This document shows, in pieces, positions 12,738 to 24,231 of a DNA stretch of 64,000 nucleotides. The first letter of the stretch is position 1. Each line of letters begins with the position of its first letter. The stretch lies in NCBI GenBank assembly GCA_950097015.1, contig CATNEN010000034.1, positions 4,836,001 through 4,900,000 on the forward strand. The letters are read 5' to 3'. Source of the stretch: Macrostomum hystrix (taxonomy: Eukaryota > Animalia > Platyhelminthes). Both the position numbers and the translations under genes were made by a program. Under the pieces are notes generated by a model. The model was not told the DNA's origin. It made no database searches and worked only from the letters and a program-made list of their open reading frames with translations.

Positions 12738-12996
12738 TGTCTAAATAGTCGACACTGCAGCCAGAAAAATTAGAATGCTAAATCTTAGGCGAAAATTCGC
12801 CTAGTCATGCTGCTGCACAAGCTCTGATTTATTACCAGTTTGCCCTGTTGCTATGGCGGCTGCAGTGCTCATAAAATTCTAGCCTCTGCCATGGGTAAGA
12901 CAGACTGAGTGGCATTGTTTTTGTCGTCTAAAGGAATCTTAAACCGGATGTTAATCACTGAATATAAATGGGAGAACAGTGATTGATTGTCGGCTT

Positions 12997-13036
12997 CGCA
13001 CACACACACACACACGCACACACACACACACACACA
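12997..13036. repeat. (CA)n microsatellite
   Basis: Directly visible. Confidence 0.95.
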
Positions 13037-13259
13037 ATCACTGCAGTCTACATTTAGTTTTGCCACAGCAAACACTGTCTCTCTGTGTGTTGTAGAACCG
13101 AGATAAAGCAACAATGAAACAGGAATACCTGTATCAATACGCGGAGACTTAGAGTAGGAAAATATAGATCGATGGCTTTAATCCAGGCCACAATTAAACC
13201 CACAGGCGGCAGCGTGGTGAGGCTTGTGAACGGTATAGATGTTGGCATGTTGGTTCCGG

Positions 13260-13491
13260 TAACCCGTAAAGGGTTTCCAACCCGTAAAGGGTTTCCAACC
13301 CGTAAAGGGTTTCCAACCCGTAAAGGGTGAATGGTGAGGTTTGTGAATGGTGAGGTTTGTGAATGGTGAGGTTTGTGAATGGTGAGGTTTGTGAATGGTG
13401 AGGTTTTTGAATGGTGAGGTTTGTGAATAGTGAGGTTTGTGAATGGTGAGGTTTGTGAATGGTAAGGTTTGTGAATGGTGAGGTTTGTGAA
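13260..13491. repeat. Compound array: 18-bp (AACCCGTAAAGGGTTTCC) x about 4, then 16-bp (TGAATGGTGAGGTTTG) x about 10
   Basis: Directly visible. Confidence 0.93.
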
Positions 13492-15109
13492 TCATGGGTT
13501 ATGTGAAGGGTGAGTTTTTTCATGTGAAATTCTTGCAGTATATTTTAATAGAAGTATGTCTACTAATCTGTCTGTTTGTTTGTTAAGTTAAAGTTGTTTT
13601 TAAAAACTTTGTGTCACAGAAAGCAAAGCACAGCTTTCCGATTGTCGGTGGCATATAATATCAATCTTTCTTTAGATTGAATAATTGAATAGCTTGAATC
13701 TCACTAAAGACAGAGGGTTGATCTGTTTGAGGCTTTGGGAAATGACTCATAAAGGTAGTTATAAAAGGTTGCTCTCAAGAGGAAGTCTGGGGATTCTGGG
13801 CCAAACCTTCTCATGCACCGTAAATGCAAATTCGAGTCAGATTGGGTTGGGGACGACGCGCCCTCCGGCTGACCCCGCGATCGAATAAAATCCTGCCAAG
13901 CGTTTTCTATTTTGATTTACGACAGCCGCCCCAGCATTCGGCTCTGTCGGCCCGATGAAGAGAAATCGTTGGGCGACTGGAGGAAGAAGAATGCAAACTA
14001 TATATGCGCAAGAATAAATCACTCCTTGACCACTTTCGCCGGGATATTTCATTCTCGCCCGCCAAATCAAACGGGCGCGCAGAGCCGAATTCTTTCGACT
14101 TATTTTTATCCTCGAATTTATCCTGTCGGTGCTGGCTCCACCGAGAATTCCGGAAATTAATCACCCTGGTTTTCTTTTTTGGACAAGATTGAGTGGAAAA
14201 TTCATCCGTTTTTTTAATAAACATCGATGCTAAACCTTTTCCTGAATCAGACGTCACTGCATGTAGCTGATCAGCCATAGAAGGCATTTCCGGTCTAAAC
14301 TTTTCAGAAGATCAAAAATAGCATTCAGATAATGAAAATGAAAAGCAAATGAGACTATTGGAATTAAAATGGATCGCGATAGTCTAATCGGTCAATCAGT
14401 CAATTAAGAATGGGAGAGGATTCTGCCAAATCCCAGGCTTCTCTGCCGGTGCAGCGGCGGCAATAGCGTTGGCTCACGCATGCCTTTAAGAGGCTCGGAC
14501 GACGCCCAGGCGACGTGGCGTCGAAGTGGACCCCAGCTGAAGGCTTAGAGAGGCCGCGGGGAAGTCGCGACAGCCAGCCCGGGCCACCCGCCCGCGGCTA
14601 TTTAGAACGCTGAGAGCCTTGTCTAATCGTCATCAATATAGGAAAGATTGGGTGGGAGAGAGAAATGGAAGGGTTAGAGAGGCTATTGTCAGTAAAGCGG
14701 GTTAGCTGACTCTCCTGCAGCCAGACAGTCAGGCTCAGCCGGTTTCGCACTGGTTCGCACTCTCTGGCGCCAAATTGTTAAAAAATTCACCGTCAGACCC
14801 CATGTCCCTCCGTTTTGATTCTCTGCCATAAACCAGTAGTCTAAACAACATCAGTGCCGGCGGGATTGCCTGGAATCTATCAATTGTCAAGCACACTGCT
14901 GCCGATCTTAATATGGCTAAATCACATGCGCTTGTCTTGTCTGAACACTAGAACCTCTATGGCGAACCTCATAATGTTTTTATGAATTTTAAACGATCTC
15001 GATCCACCCAATTACTAAATTTTAATCATTTAACACAGAGAATGCAAGCCAAGACTGTTTTTTCGCTAGGGATTTCGAAAAATTTGAAACTGACAATTAG
15101 GAAGCATTT

Positions 15110-15607
15110 GGAAACCCTTCTCGGGGTTGGGAAACCCTTCACGGGGGTTGGAATCCCATCACGGAGGTTGGAAAGCATTTACGAGGAGTTTGAAACCATT
15201 CTCGGGGAGTTGGAAACCATTCACGGGGAGTTGGAAAACCTTCACGGGGGTTGGAAACCATACACGGGGGTTGGAAAGCATTCACGAGGAGTTGAAAACC
15301 CTTCATCGGGTTGGAAACCATTCACGGGGAGTTGGAAAACCTTCACGGGGGTTGGAAAGCATTCACGAGGAGTTTGAAACCATTCTCGGGGAGTTGGAAA
15401 CCATTCACGGGGGTTGGAAAGCATTCACGGGGAGTTGGAAACCATTCTCGGGGAGTTGGAAACCATTCACGGGGGTTGGAAAGCATTCACGGGGAGTTGG
15501 AAAACCTTCACGGGAGTTGGAAAGCATTCACGAGGAGTTGGAAACCATTCACCGGAGTTTGAAACCATTCACGGGGGTTGGAAACCATTCACGGGGGTTG
15601 GAAACCC
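15110..15607. repeat. 19-20-bp degenerate minisatellite (GGAAACCATTCACGGGGGTT)
   Basis: Directly visible. Confidence 0.93.
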
Positions 15608-16438
15608 TCATGGTAGCCTGTTAGTCTCATGACTTCCTTAAAACTCTTCCAGAAGCCCTCCTGTTTTTCAAGCCCTTTCTCCGCAGTCATATTCAAACTC
15701 CTATTTTACTTGAATCACTGTTCAGTTCTTTTCAGCCGATTTCAGTTCCTACTCCGGACTCAGCTCCGGACTCAAAACGGCGCACCTTTCCTGCTCTTCA
15801 GGTGTTTCCATTCTCATGTACCCATCACCTTCCTTCTTCGTAACTGGAGGCAAGAGCTACAAATATTCCATTTCGATTCCACATGACTGGATCGAAGATG
15901 GCGGCACCCTACGAGGCTGTCTAGCTGGCAAGATGTTCCACCGCTTAAAAAACTAACAAGGATCTATGCAGTGCTTCCTTACCCAAGGAAGATAATGAGT
16001 CGGATGAGAATTTTTCCCACTATCTACTTGTACTTTTGTCTAAAATTGCGTATCACGGCTTGCAGAACTTTTACCATTCTGGCAGGTCGCTTCGCTTGCT
16101 TGAGTGGCAAGTCGAGTCAATTAGAGATAAAGTATTGGAAAGTACGCTTAGCCAGGAAACAAAAAACATAAATGTAGCACCAGCAATATGCGCTTTCTAA
16201 TTAGCAAGGCAAACAACTTAGGTGCAAAGTTTCTCGATGCAAACTGGGTTGCCTTCCACCAGCCCTTACTTTGGCATAGGAGATGAGACTACGAAGCATC
16301 ACGTCACGTTTCTTACCTCATTGAAGTGCGTTGCTGGCACCGCGGCCAGACTCAATAAGCACCATGAAGCTCCACCAAGACCACCAAAACTAAAAAAGTA
16401 CACTGACAACCACTACCAGCCATTCTAGTCCCGCTATC

Positions 16439-16906
16439 ACACGTCGGCTGGCAAACGTCGTCTGGCAAACGTCGTCTGGCAAACGTCATCTGTCAAACGT
16501 CGTCTGGCAAACGTCGTCTGGCAAACATCGTCTGGCAAACGTCGTCTGGCAAACGTCATCTGTCAAACGTCGTCTGGCAAACGTCGTCTGGCAAACGTCG
16601 TCTGGCAAACGTCATCTGTCAAACGTCGTCTGGCAAACGTCGTCTGTCAAACGTCATCTGTCAAACGTCGTCTAGAAAACGTCATCTGGCAAACGTCGTC
16701 TGGCAAACATCGTCTGGCAAGCGTCGTCTGGCAAACGTCATCTGTCAAACGTCGTCTGTCAAACGTCATCTGTCAAACGTCGTCTGGCAAACGTCATCTG
16801 TCAAACGTCGTCTGGCAAACGTCGTCTGTCAAACGTCGTCTGGCAAACAACGGCTGGTAAATGTCGGTTGGCAAACGACGGCTGGCAAAAGTCCTGCTGG
16901 CAAACT
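16439..16906. repeat. 14-bp minisatellite (CTGGCAAACGTCGT), related to the MULE TIR repeat unit
   Basis: Shares the CTGGCAAAC core with the MULE arms at 40959-41270 and 44107-44426. Confidence 0.9.
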
Positions 16907-17412
16907 CCGCTATCCCCAAGTTTAAAAGTACGCTCTGTAACCTTCGCAACCGACTTGAAAAGTACATTCTGTGACCTTCGCTACGAACTTTAAAAGCACA
17001 CTTTGACCACCTCAGAATTAAACAGTTTATTTTATATTCTTACTTAGTATAAGGATCACTGAAATTTTGAATTTATGAAGACAAATAGAGGCAAGAATAA
17101 ATCTGAAATGGAGAAGCATGGAGTTGGAAAAGCATAAGTAAACAATAATGGGACAGCTAATCAAATAAACTTTCATATCAAAGAATCTCAAAGAAGCATG
17201 TCTAGAATATAGGAATGGATTTTGCATATGACTAAACCTGGTATAGAAAACATGGTGCACGGCCTCAATTTACAGTCTTGATTAGATGCAATGGCCTTTG
17301 TACGGAAACTGGGCGAGATGAATACTATCACAAGGTCAATCAAGTTTAAGACTTTTATGCAGAATATACCAAATAAGGAATGAAAAAAAACACTAAGATC
17401 AGTTGCTTAATT

Positions 17413-18125
17413 AGAGGAAGAGGTCATGACCAAAGTTGACCAAAGTGTCACAGACTCAGAGGAAGAGGTCATGACCAAAGTTGACCAAAGTGTCACAGAC
17501 TCAGAGGAAGAGGTCATGACCAAAGTTGACCAAAGTGTCACAGACTCAGAGGAAGAGGTCATGACCAAAGTGTCACGGACTCAGAGGAAGAGGTCATGAC
17601 CAAAGTGTCACAGACTCAGAGGAAGAGGTTATGACCAAAGTGTCATGGACTCAGAGGAAGAGGTCATGACCAAAGTGTCACAGACTCAGAGGAAGAGGTT
17701 ATGACCAAAGTGTCACGGACTCAGAGGAAGAGGTCATGACCAAAGTGTCACAGACTCAGAGGAAGAGGTCATGACCAAAGTGTCACAGACTCAAAGGAAG
17801 AGGTCATGACCAAAGTGTCACAGACTCAGAGGAAGAGGTCATGACCAAAGTGTCACAGACTCAGAGGAAGAGGTCATGACCAAAGTGTCACAGACTCAGA
17901 GGAAGAGGTCATGACCAAAGTGTCACAGACTCAGAGGAAGAGGTCATGACCAAAGTGTCACAGACTCAGAGGAAGAGGTCATGACCAAAGTGTCACAGAC
18001 TCAGAGGAAGAGGTTATGACCAAAGTGTCACGGACTCAGAGGAAGAGGTCATGACCAAAGTGTCACAGACTCAGAGGAAGAGGTCATGACCAAAGTGTCA
18101 CAGACTCAAAGGAAGAGGTCATGAC
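17413..18125. repeat. 35-bp minisatellite (GAGGAAGAGGTCATGACCAAAGTGTCACAGACTCA); first three units 45 bp
   Basis: Directly visible; the first units carry a 10-bp internal duplication. Confidence 0.97.
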
Positions 18126-18884
18126 CTGCGTTAAGACAGATTCTTGACAACATCTCATTTAAATTTTTTGGTAGAAAATCAAAGTGCAATAATTAAGCAG
18201 TTCAATTTAATTTAAAATCTTAGTTTTAGTGATCATAGTTACAGTCAAGTTCATAGCTCATTGTTTCCTTGTAAAGCAAATGTATAAGCTCGACAAAGAA
18301 GGAAAAAACTGAATTTCAGATATTTCATCCGCGAGAACAGAAGATGTTGCCAGCAGGTTAAGAAGAGGTTTAGAAGGCCCTCATAATGCACACCTGATGC
18401 CAACTAACAACGCCGAGAAAGATAGGTGCCCTACAGTATTAATTGGGGATCTATGTCTGCAAGAATTAATTATGCTCGCATGCTTATTTGCACCTGGCAT
18501 GGGTTCTAAATAGAATGAATCGGGGGGAGCAGAATGAAAAGGGGAGTACGACCAAGACTTTTCGACACGAGTGGCATTTAGTTTGAAAGCGCTCTCATGG
18601 CTTGCTCAAATTTGACTCGTTTACCATAGACAAACTGACACAGCGTTTAACATAGACTACGAATTTGTTATAATTCGTAGACTGCTTCTACCATAGACAA
18701 TTGATTTGGAGCGACGCTAAATGAGAACGAAAACAACCAAGGCAAAATTTCTATGGCACAATTTAGTACATCAGTCCCCATAAATATTGGGAATCAGTTT
18801 CTTGTGCCATATATACGAGGCACATAGACGTATGTCTCGTTGGCTCGTAGACGCATGATTCTCTACTTAATTATTCTCTGACGG

Positions 18885-19430
18885 TAACCAGCGCTGGGCT
18901 GCTGGACGGCCTGACTGCGGCGGCGGCGAGGGTCGGCCTCGCTATCAACGCCAGGAAGACCGAGGTGCTGACGGTGCCGCATAACCTACCTGCCGAGATT
19001 CGACAACGAGACGGTGACGGCCCCGGGACCGCGCTCCCGAAGTGCCGTCAGTTCGTCGGCGGATTGATGCCTGACGCGTGAGCGACGACCTGGCGAGACG
19101 GCGTGGCAAGGCCTGGACCGCCTTCCGTTCTGTGCGGGCGGTGCTGCTCTCCGAGGCCCTGACGAACGGGGCCAGGTCCCAGCTGTTCCAGCCGGTTGTC
19201 GAGACCGCCCTGTTATACAATGCTGAGACCTGGACGATAACCGGGGCGCTCGAGGCGCAGCTTGACGCGGCGCATGCGACCCTTGTTGGCGCCGCTTTCG
19301 GCACCCGCCGCGGCCCTGGCAGCGAGACAACCGAGTCCCTTTACCAGCGTGCGTGCCTAACGCGGCCTTCTGTCCTGCTGAGTCAGCGGCGCCTGCGGCT
19401 GGCCGGGCATGTCATCCGGGCCGAAACTAC
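18885..19430 (+). mobile_element. RTE-type non-LTR retrotransposon fragment (RT C-terminal part)
   Basis: GLAINARKTEVL; RRRGKAWTAF; ETALLYNAETWT; RRLRLAGHVIR. Homologous to the 37461-38324 ORF. Confidence 0.85.
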
Positions 19431-20914
19431 TTCTGGAAGTAGTTTTCATGGCGATTGGTAGCAAATTTTAGGAGAAACAGAATAACAGAATGCGTGGCTA
19501 TTTGAAGCACCCACTGTGGTCTATCTACTGTTTAATAATGTATAAGCCAAGTTAAAAATAGCCATAATTTGTTGACCAAAATAACTGACCGAGATTTAAC
19601 ACAACACATGAAGCGCAGACAACAATAATTATTTAAGTATTTGTCGAAGGATTTTCTTTAGCTAAAGCCCAAATCCCAGGGGTAGATAGTCTTTAAATTA
19701 AATCAGAGACTTCCAAGCCATCCACTCAGTAAGCATAGGCCGTTACAGACTTGCTTGTAGAAAAATAAAACAGTCCAGAAGTGCAGTTCCGCAGCAGCAA
19801 GCCGACAGTGAATGCGTGGAAACGCGGCTCGAAATGTTTTTACGCCATAATTAGGCGCCAATTTTCATTAAAAAACGACACCTGAATTTCCGCAGCAAAA
19901 CATAATGAGAGGAAGGAGGATTTGTTTTTCCTTCGTTTCTTACTCGTATTACGCAAAGAATCCCAGTTCTAGTGACTGCTTGTACAGTTTTCACCTCACG
20001 CGAGTCGAAATGAACATCGCGAGAGAGCCTTCTTAAAACAATACAACCATGAGAATGATTTTCATAGCCTAAATTATTTATTTGTAAGCTAAGGACGGAG
20101 AGACCTGATACATAATTAGGGCACGCTGTTAGTTAACATTGTAAATTGTTCCAATCAAGAGTGACTTACGAATTCATATTCCGCACAAATTTGATACTTC
20201 ACCCATCAATGACAGCATCATGCACCAACTTCAAACACTGGCGAAGCTACTAGTACTTTTGATGACAGGCAGCAACAGCAGCTTTTTTGTCATCCAATGC
20301 TACGGCATTGGTTCAATACTATCTAACAGACTAATAGATTATGCAACAACACTAAAACTTGACAGCGTACCAGTCTTACTACTCGTAAGTAGCCAAGATA
20401 GACTTCACAATTTGAAGTCAGTGAAAAATGGAACAATATTTAAAATACTCCAAGCACAGGTTTGACAGGTTTCCTTCAGAAGGAATGGAAAACGCCGAAA
20501 CTAAGAAGTGCAACATCATCAGAACAATGCCTTCTAATCGTCATTATTATTTAAAATGGTGCTCTAATAGCATACTCAGCGTTACACAAAAACAAAATTC
20601 ACTGCTAACAATTTCTTTAGATTAATAAATCCGTAGCGACGTATAGTTTAGATAATAAGAAATGAATCCTCTGCCATAATGATTCACAGAACATTTTATT
20701 TAAGCCATTGATTGACAATTGACAATTTTTCAGAGTCAGCAACTAGAAACTATAAGCTATAGATTAAGTACACTAAAACCCAGTCTTGCTGCTGGGGTAA
20801 AACCCAAATGGACAAGGCAAACACAGTATAGAATAAATTGAATATTGTACCCATTGTGCACATGCTTTTTATCCGTTCAGAACGTTTTTAATGAGTTAGC
20901 CTCTCGTACAAATT

Positions 20915-21010
20915 TCCCTGAACTCGATTCCGCGGCGAAGTCTAATAAATTTGTCGTGTGGTACTGGTAACGGTACAGGTTCGTGTGTTCAGGAGTCAGA
21001 GCGTCCAAAA
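20915..21010 (+). mobile_element. Degenerate SINE remnant
   Basis: CTCGATTCCGCGGCGA and GTGTTCAGGAGTCAG match SINE motifs. Confidence 0.5.
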
Positions 21011-21337
21011 AATTGCCTCTCGCAGGCCACGTTACCAGTTAGCTCCTGCAAATTACTAGCACTATTTTAGGGGAAGCTGATTAAACTCGAAACGTGATAT
21101 TAACTCAATGTTTTACTTAATGGTGAACTACGTAAATCGGTAGGTATAATGGCATACCTATATTTTTCTCGCAAGCTTTATTGCCATTTTGCTAAATAGT
21201 AAACACAAGTGCTATTAACCGTTTTATTAATTAGCCAATGCATCGGATACATACGTTTTCAGCTCAAATTGACTCAAAGCACTTTCAAATTTCAAATGAT
21301 GCCCCTGCCATGCTTCACAGTTGGTGTTAGTAGCAAA

Positions 21338-22039
21338 TCAAGTGGCTTTCGCCCTCTGGGCGGCACGCCTGCCAACTTGAGCCTGGAAGCCGGACTTGAT
21401 GCTGGCCACGGAGCAGCGACTGCCGCAGGTGCTGCACTGCAGGAAGAAGAGCCGAGTCTCCTTCACAAGCTCAGTATCGTGCGACCTGCATGTGTGGCAC
21501 ATCACATATTCCTTGATGTAGGAGCGCAGCACACTTTCTATATTTTTTGTCTGAAAGCGGCCCTTTATGATGAGCTGGTTGTTGCCGTCCACTGAGCCAG
21601 TGGTTCCCAGCTCAGTGAGCAAGTAGGCCAGCAGGTGGTCCGGCTTGCGTCTGATCTGCTTGCTGATATCTGTGAAGTTGGCGAAGGCGGTCTTCTTGGT
21701 GCCGACCCTCATCAGCGAGGGCGGCTTCATCACCACTTTTTTCTTCTCGGATAGCATGTCCGGATTGCGTTCCATCATGGCTCTGAAGGCCCGGCTCAGG
21801 AGGTCATTGTAAGTATAGTCCGCGTCCACGCCTGGCCCGCCCTCCAGCCCGGACGCCGCTCCCGCCGCAGAGCCACCGTCATCCTCAGCTGCTGCTGCCG
21901 GCCGCTCCTTGGCTTTTTTCTTCTTTTTGCTCTCCAGATTGAAATCAGCCTCCAGCTCGTCGTCAACAGCTGGGGCATCATCGGGCACATCCTCGACCTC
22001 GACCTTCTTCTTCTTCTTCTTTATGCTCGGGTCAAACAT
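21338..22039 (-). CDS. EIF2S2: Translation initiation factor eIF2 beta subunit, 233 aa, single exon (copy 1)
   Basis: Two Lys boxes, eIF2B/eIF5 domain (KKTAFANF..I...R.P.HL..YLL.ELGT.GS.DG), C2-C2 zinc finger CHTC..CSTC. An upstream exon or splice leader is possible (cgcag immediately before the ATG). Confidence 0.95.
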   Translation of the reverse strand: MFDPSIKKKKKKVEVEDVPDDAPAVDDELEADFNLESKKKKKAKERPAAAAEDDGGSAAGAASGLEGGPGVDADYTYNDLLSRAFRAMMERNPDMLSEKKKVVMKPPSLMRVGTKKTAFANFTDISKQIRRKPDHLLAYLLTELGTTGSVDGNNQLIIKGRFQTKNIESVLRSYIKEYVMCHTCRSHDTELVKETRLFFLQCSTCGSRCSVASIKSGFQAQVGRRAAQRAKAT

Positions 22040-23224
22040 CTGCGGGTTGAAGGTGAATGCACCAGAGTGGCAGGCGGTTGCTATTGTACTTTTGCCCTTT
22101 TACTGAGCGACCCTCTTTAAAGTAAAGATTTTAGTGCTAAAGCAATTCTTTTTTATATTTTTACTTGACACTTAAGAACTCAGGAATCGACTTGAAATTG
22201 TGTGCTGTAGGTTTCGAATCACAGATAAAAAGTTCATATTCGGGACAAAATTCTAGTATATGATCGAGATCAACACAAATTTTATTCGGAGCATTATCAA
22301 ACACTGCGCTCACCTACCGGTACTTAAAATAAGCTAAAATGTCTAAAAAAACTCGAAATTGCAGCATCAACTTTGAAGCAGTACCAGGTTTAATCTAGCC
22401 AGCAGTTTAGGGTCATCAACGACATTATAATGCTGGCTTTATATGTTGTTCTATGTCTGTTTTAGGTCTGTTGGTTTGGACAACCTAGACAAAAACTTCA
22501 TTACGATAAGTGACTTGTAAATGTGTGACATGGCATTTAGAAAGGGTGGACAGACACCCTTTCTTTTTGTGGACAAACACAATAAGAGACATGTGGCTAC
22601 AAGATTGTCTTGCAAGCCTTGAACCCATTCACAGTGCAATGAAACCAATAGCAGCCTCATCTTGTGCAGCATCTACAAGACACTAACAAAATATTGCTAA
22701 TGTCTACCCAATGCAAATGTAGCTTTAGTTGGACTCATCTCTGGAACTGGAGTCCAACATTTACATTGATAAGTGTGCTTATCAGATACCCATTCTGACC
22801 ATTTGACTTCCACTATACTAAAAATAATTTGAATTCTAATAAACACATTTTAGCCTACTAGTACGAGCATTAGTAATAAGTATAGAGAATAACAAACTTT
22901 AAATAATATTTCATTATTTAGATACTAGATACTAGATTCTAGATAGGCCTACTCGTAGAAAAGCCTAAACAGAGCTTTTAAAGGCATTAAGAAAAACTAA
23001 AACAGAATTAAAAGATTTTCCTTTAAAAAATTGATGTCTTAGCTATGCAATATATTCAAGCATTTATAATGCTACAGAGGTAAGGTTTGTAGCAACCAAC
23101 AGTACTTAATTTTGAACTATCAAAAAATATAGTAAAATAATTTACTTTAAGGTTATATTCTCTAATATTAATGTAACAGGGCTTATAACTTTATCTTGGT
23201 AGCGTATCACTTGGCACGAGCAGT

Positions 23225-24231
23225 TTATCCTTCTAAGGCACTGGTCTCTTGTTCTCCAGTCTTTGCTGGGGGTTTCTCCAGGATTAGAGAATCAACAGCC
23301 TCAATCTTGTTGGTCCGTGATAGGCGCTCCCGCAAGACTTGGATAGCTGGCCATACCTGGGCTCGCTGTGGCAGGGCTTCGTCCATCCTTAGAAACGCGA
23401 TTCTGAGCAGCTACTGCACCAGGGCGTACCGGCTGCACTATATGGGAACGCTACGCTGAATAATCAGCGCCCTGGTGACTCGCCTGTAGTCTATTGATTC
23501 CATGGGTGGCGAGGCGTTGCCTGCTGGAGGCTGTTGTCCTTGGAATGGTGGTTCATCGCCAGCTGCAGCAATCTGGCGGCTAGTTAGTTGCCACCTTAAA
23601 TCCGGTTGCACCATGAGCTGTCAACTGCAGGCTACCCCGTCAACTCATTGGACAGATTTTTTCAATGGGGCAGCTGCCTGTTCAAGCAGCAGCTGGCTCC
23701 TGTCCTTGGCTGCTGTTGTCATGCTAGCGAGCCCGGGCAGCTCTTCCACCTCCAATCGGACTCAATTGCTGCCACTGTTATTGCTGCCTCCAACTTTGTT
23801 GCTGCTGCTGCTGCCACTGCCACTACCGCTACCACTGCTGATAACATCGACACCATGGGCACACCGGTTGGTACAGCCCGAGTTCCTGCTGCTCTGGCTA
23901 CTGTTGTTGGCACTGCTGCTACTGCTGTTGCCACCAGATGGCAATTGCGGCTTTGTGGGCTGCCTTTCTGGAGCTTCTGCAGCAGCAGGCATTTTTTATC
24001 TTCTACCAGGTCGTAGTCTTCCTGAATTGCTTTCAGAAAGGCCTTGATTTTGTCCGGCTCTTGCTCTTGGCATTCCTTGTTGCTTATTCTTAGCAGCAAG
24101 TGATTTGCTTTGTTTGCTTTTAGCACATGTCTCACCAGGGGTCCAATTAATCCATTATTTATACCCACCTGGGCCAAAACTGGACCTATTTTAAGGTCTC
24201 CCCCACCCCACTTCTTACTTTTGACACCCAA
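23225..24231 (-). pseudogene. Pseudogene: helical (CARD/death-fold-like) domain, Ser/Gly linker, second helical domain
   Basis: One frameshift near 24000, then a single frame to a TAA at 23225 with five internal stops; ends ...AIQVLRERLSRTNKIEAVDSLILEKPPAKTGEQETSALEG. The domain identity is a visual impression only. Confidence 0.45.

Noticed and set aside
11862-12773. Cys/Ser-rich metallothionein-like ORF and the AAVPAAIL ORF
   Set aside because: Both are stop-free readings of a 24-bp tandem array with no splice or unique coding context.
17413-18125. CRISPR-like array (also considered for other 30-35-bp repeats)
   Set aside because: Units are contiguous with no unique spacers, there are no cas genes, and the context is eukaryotic.
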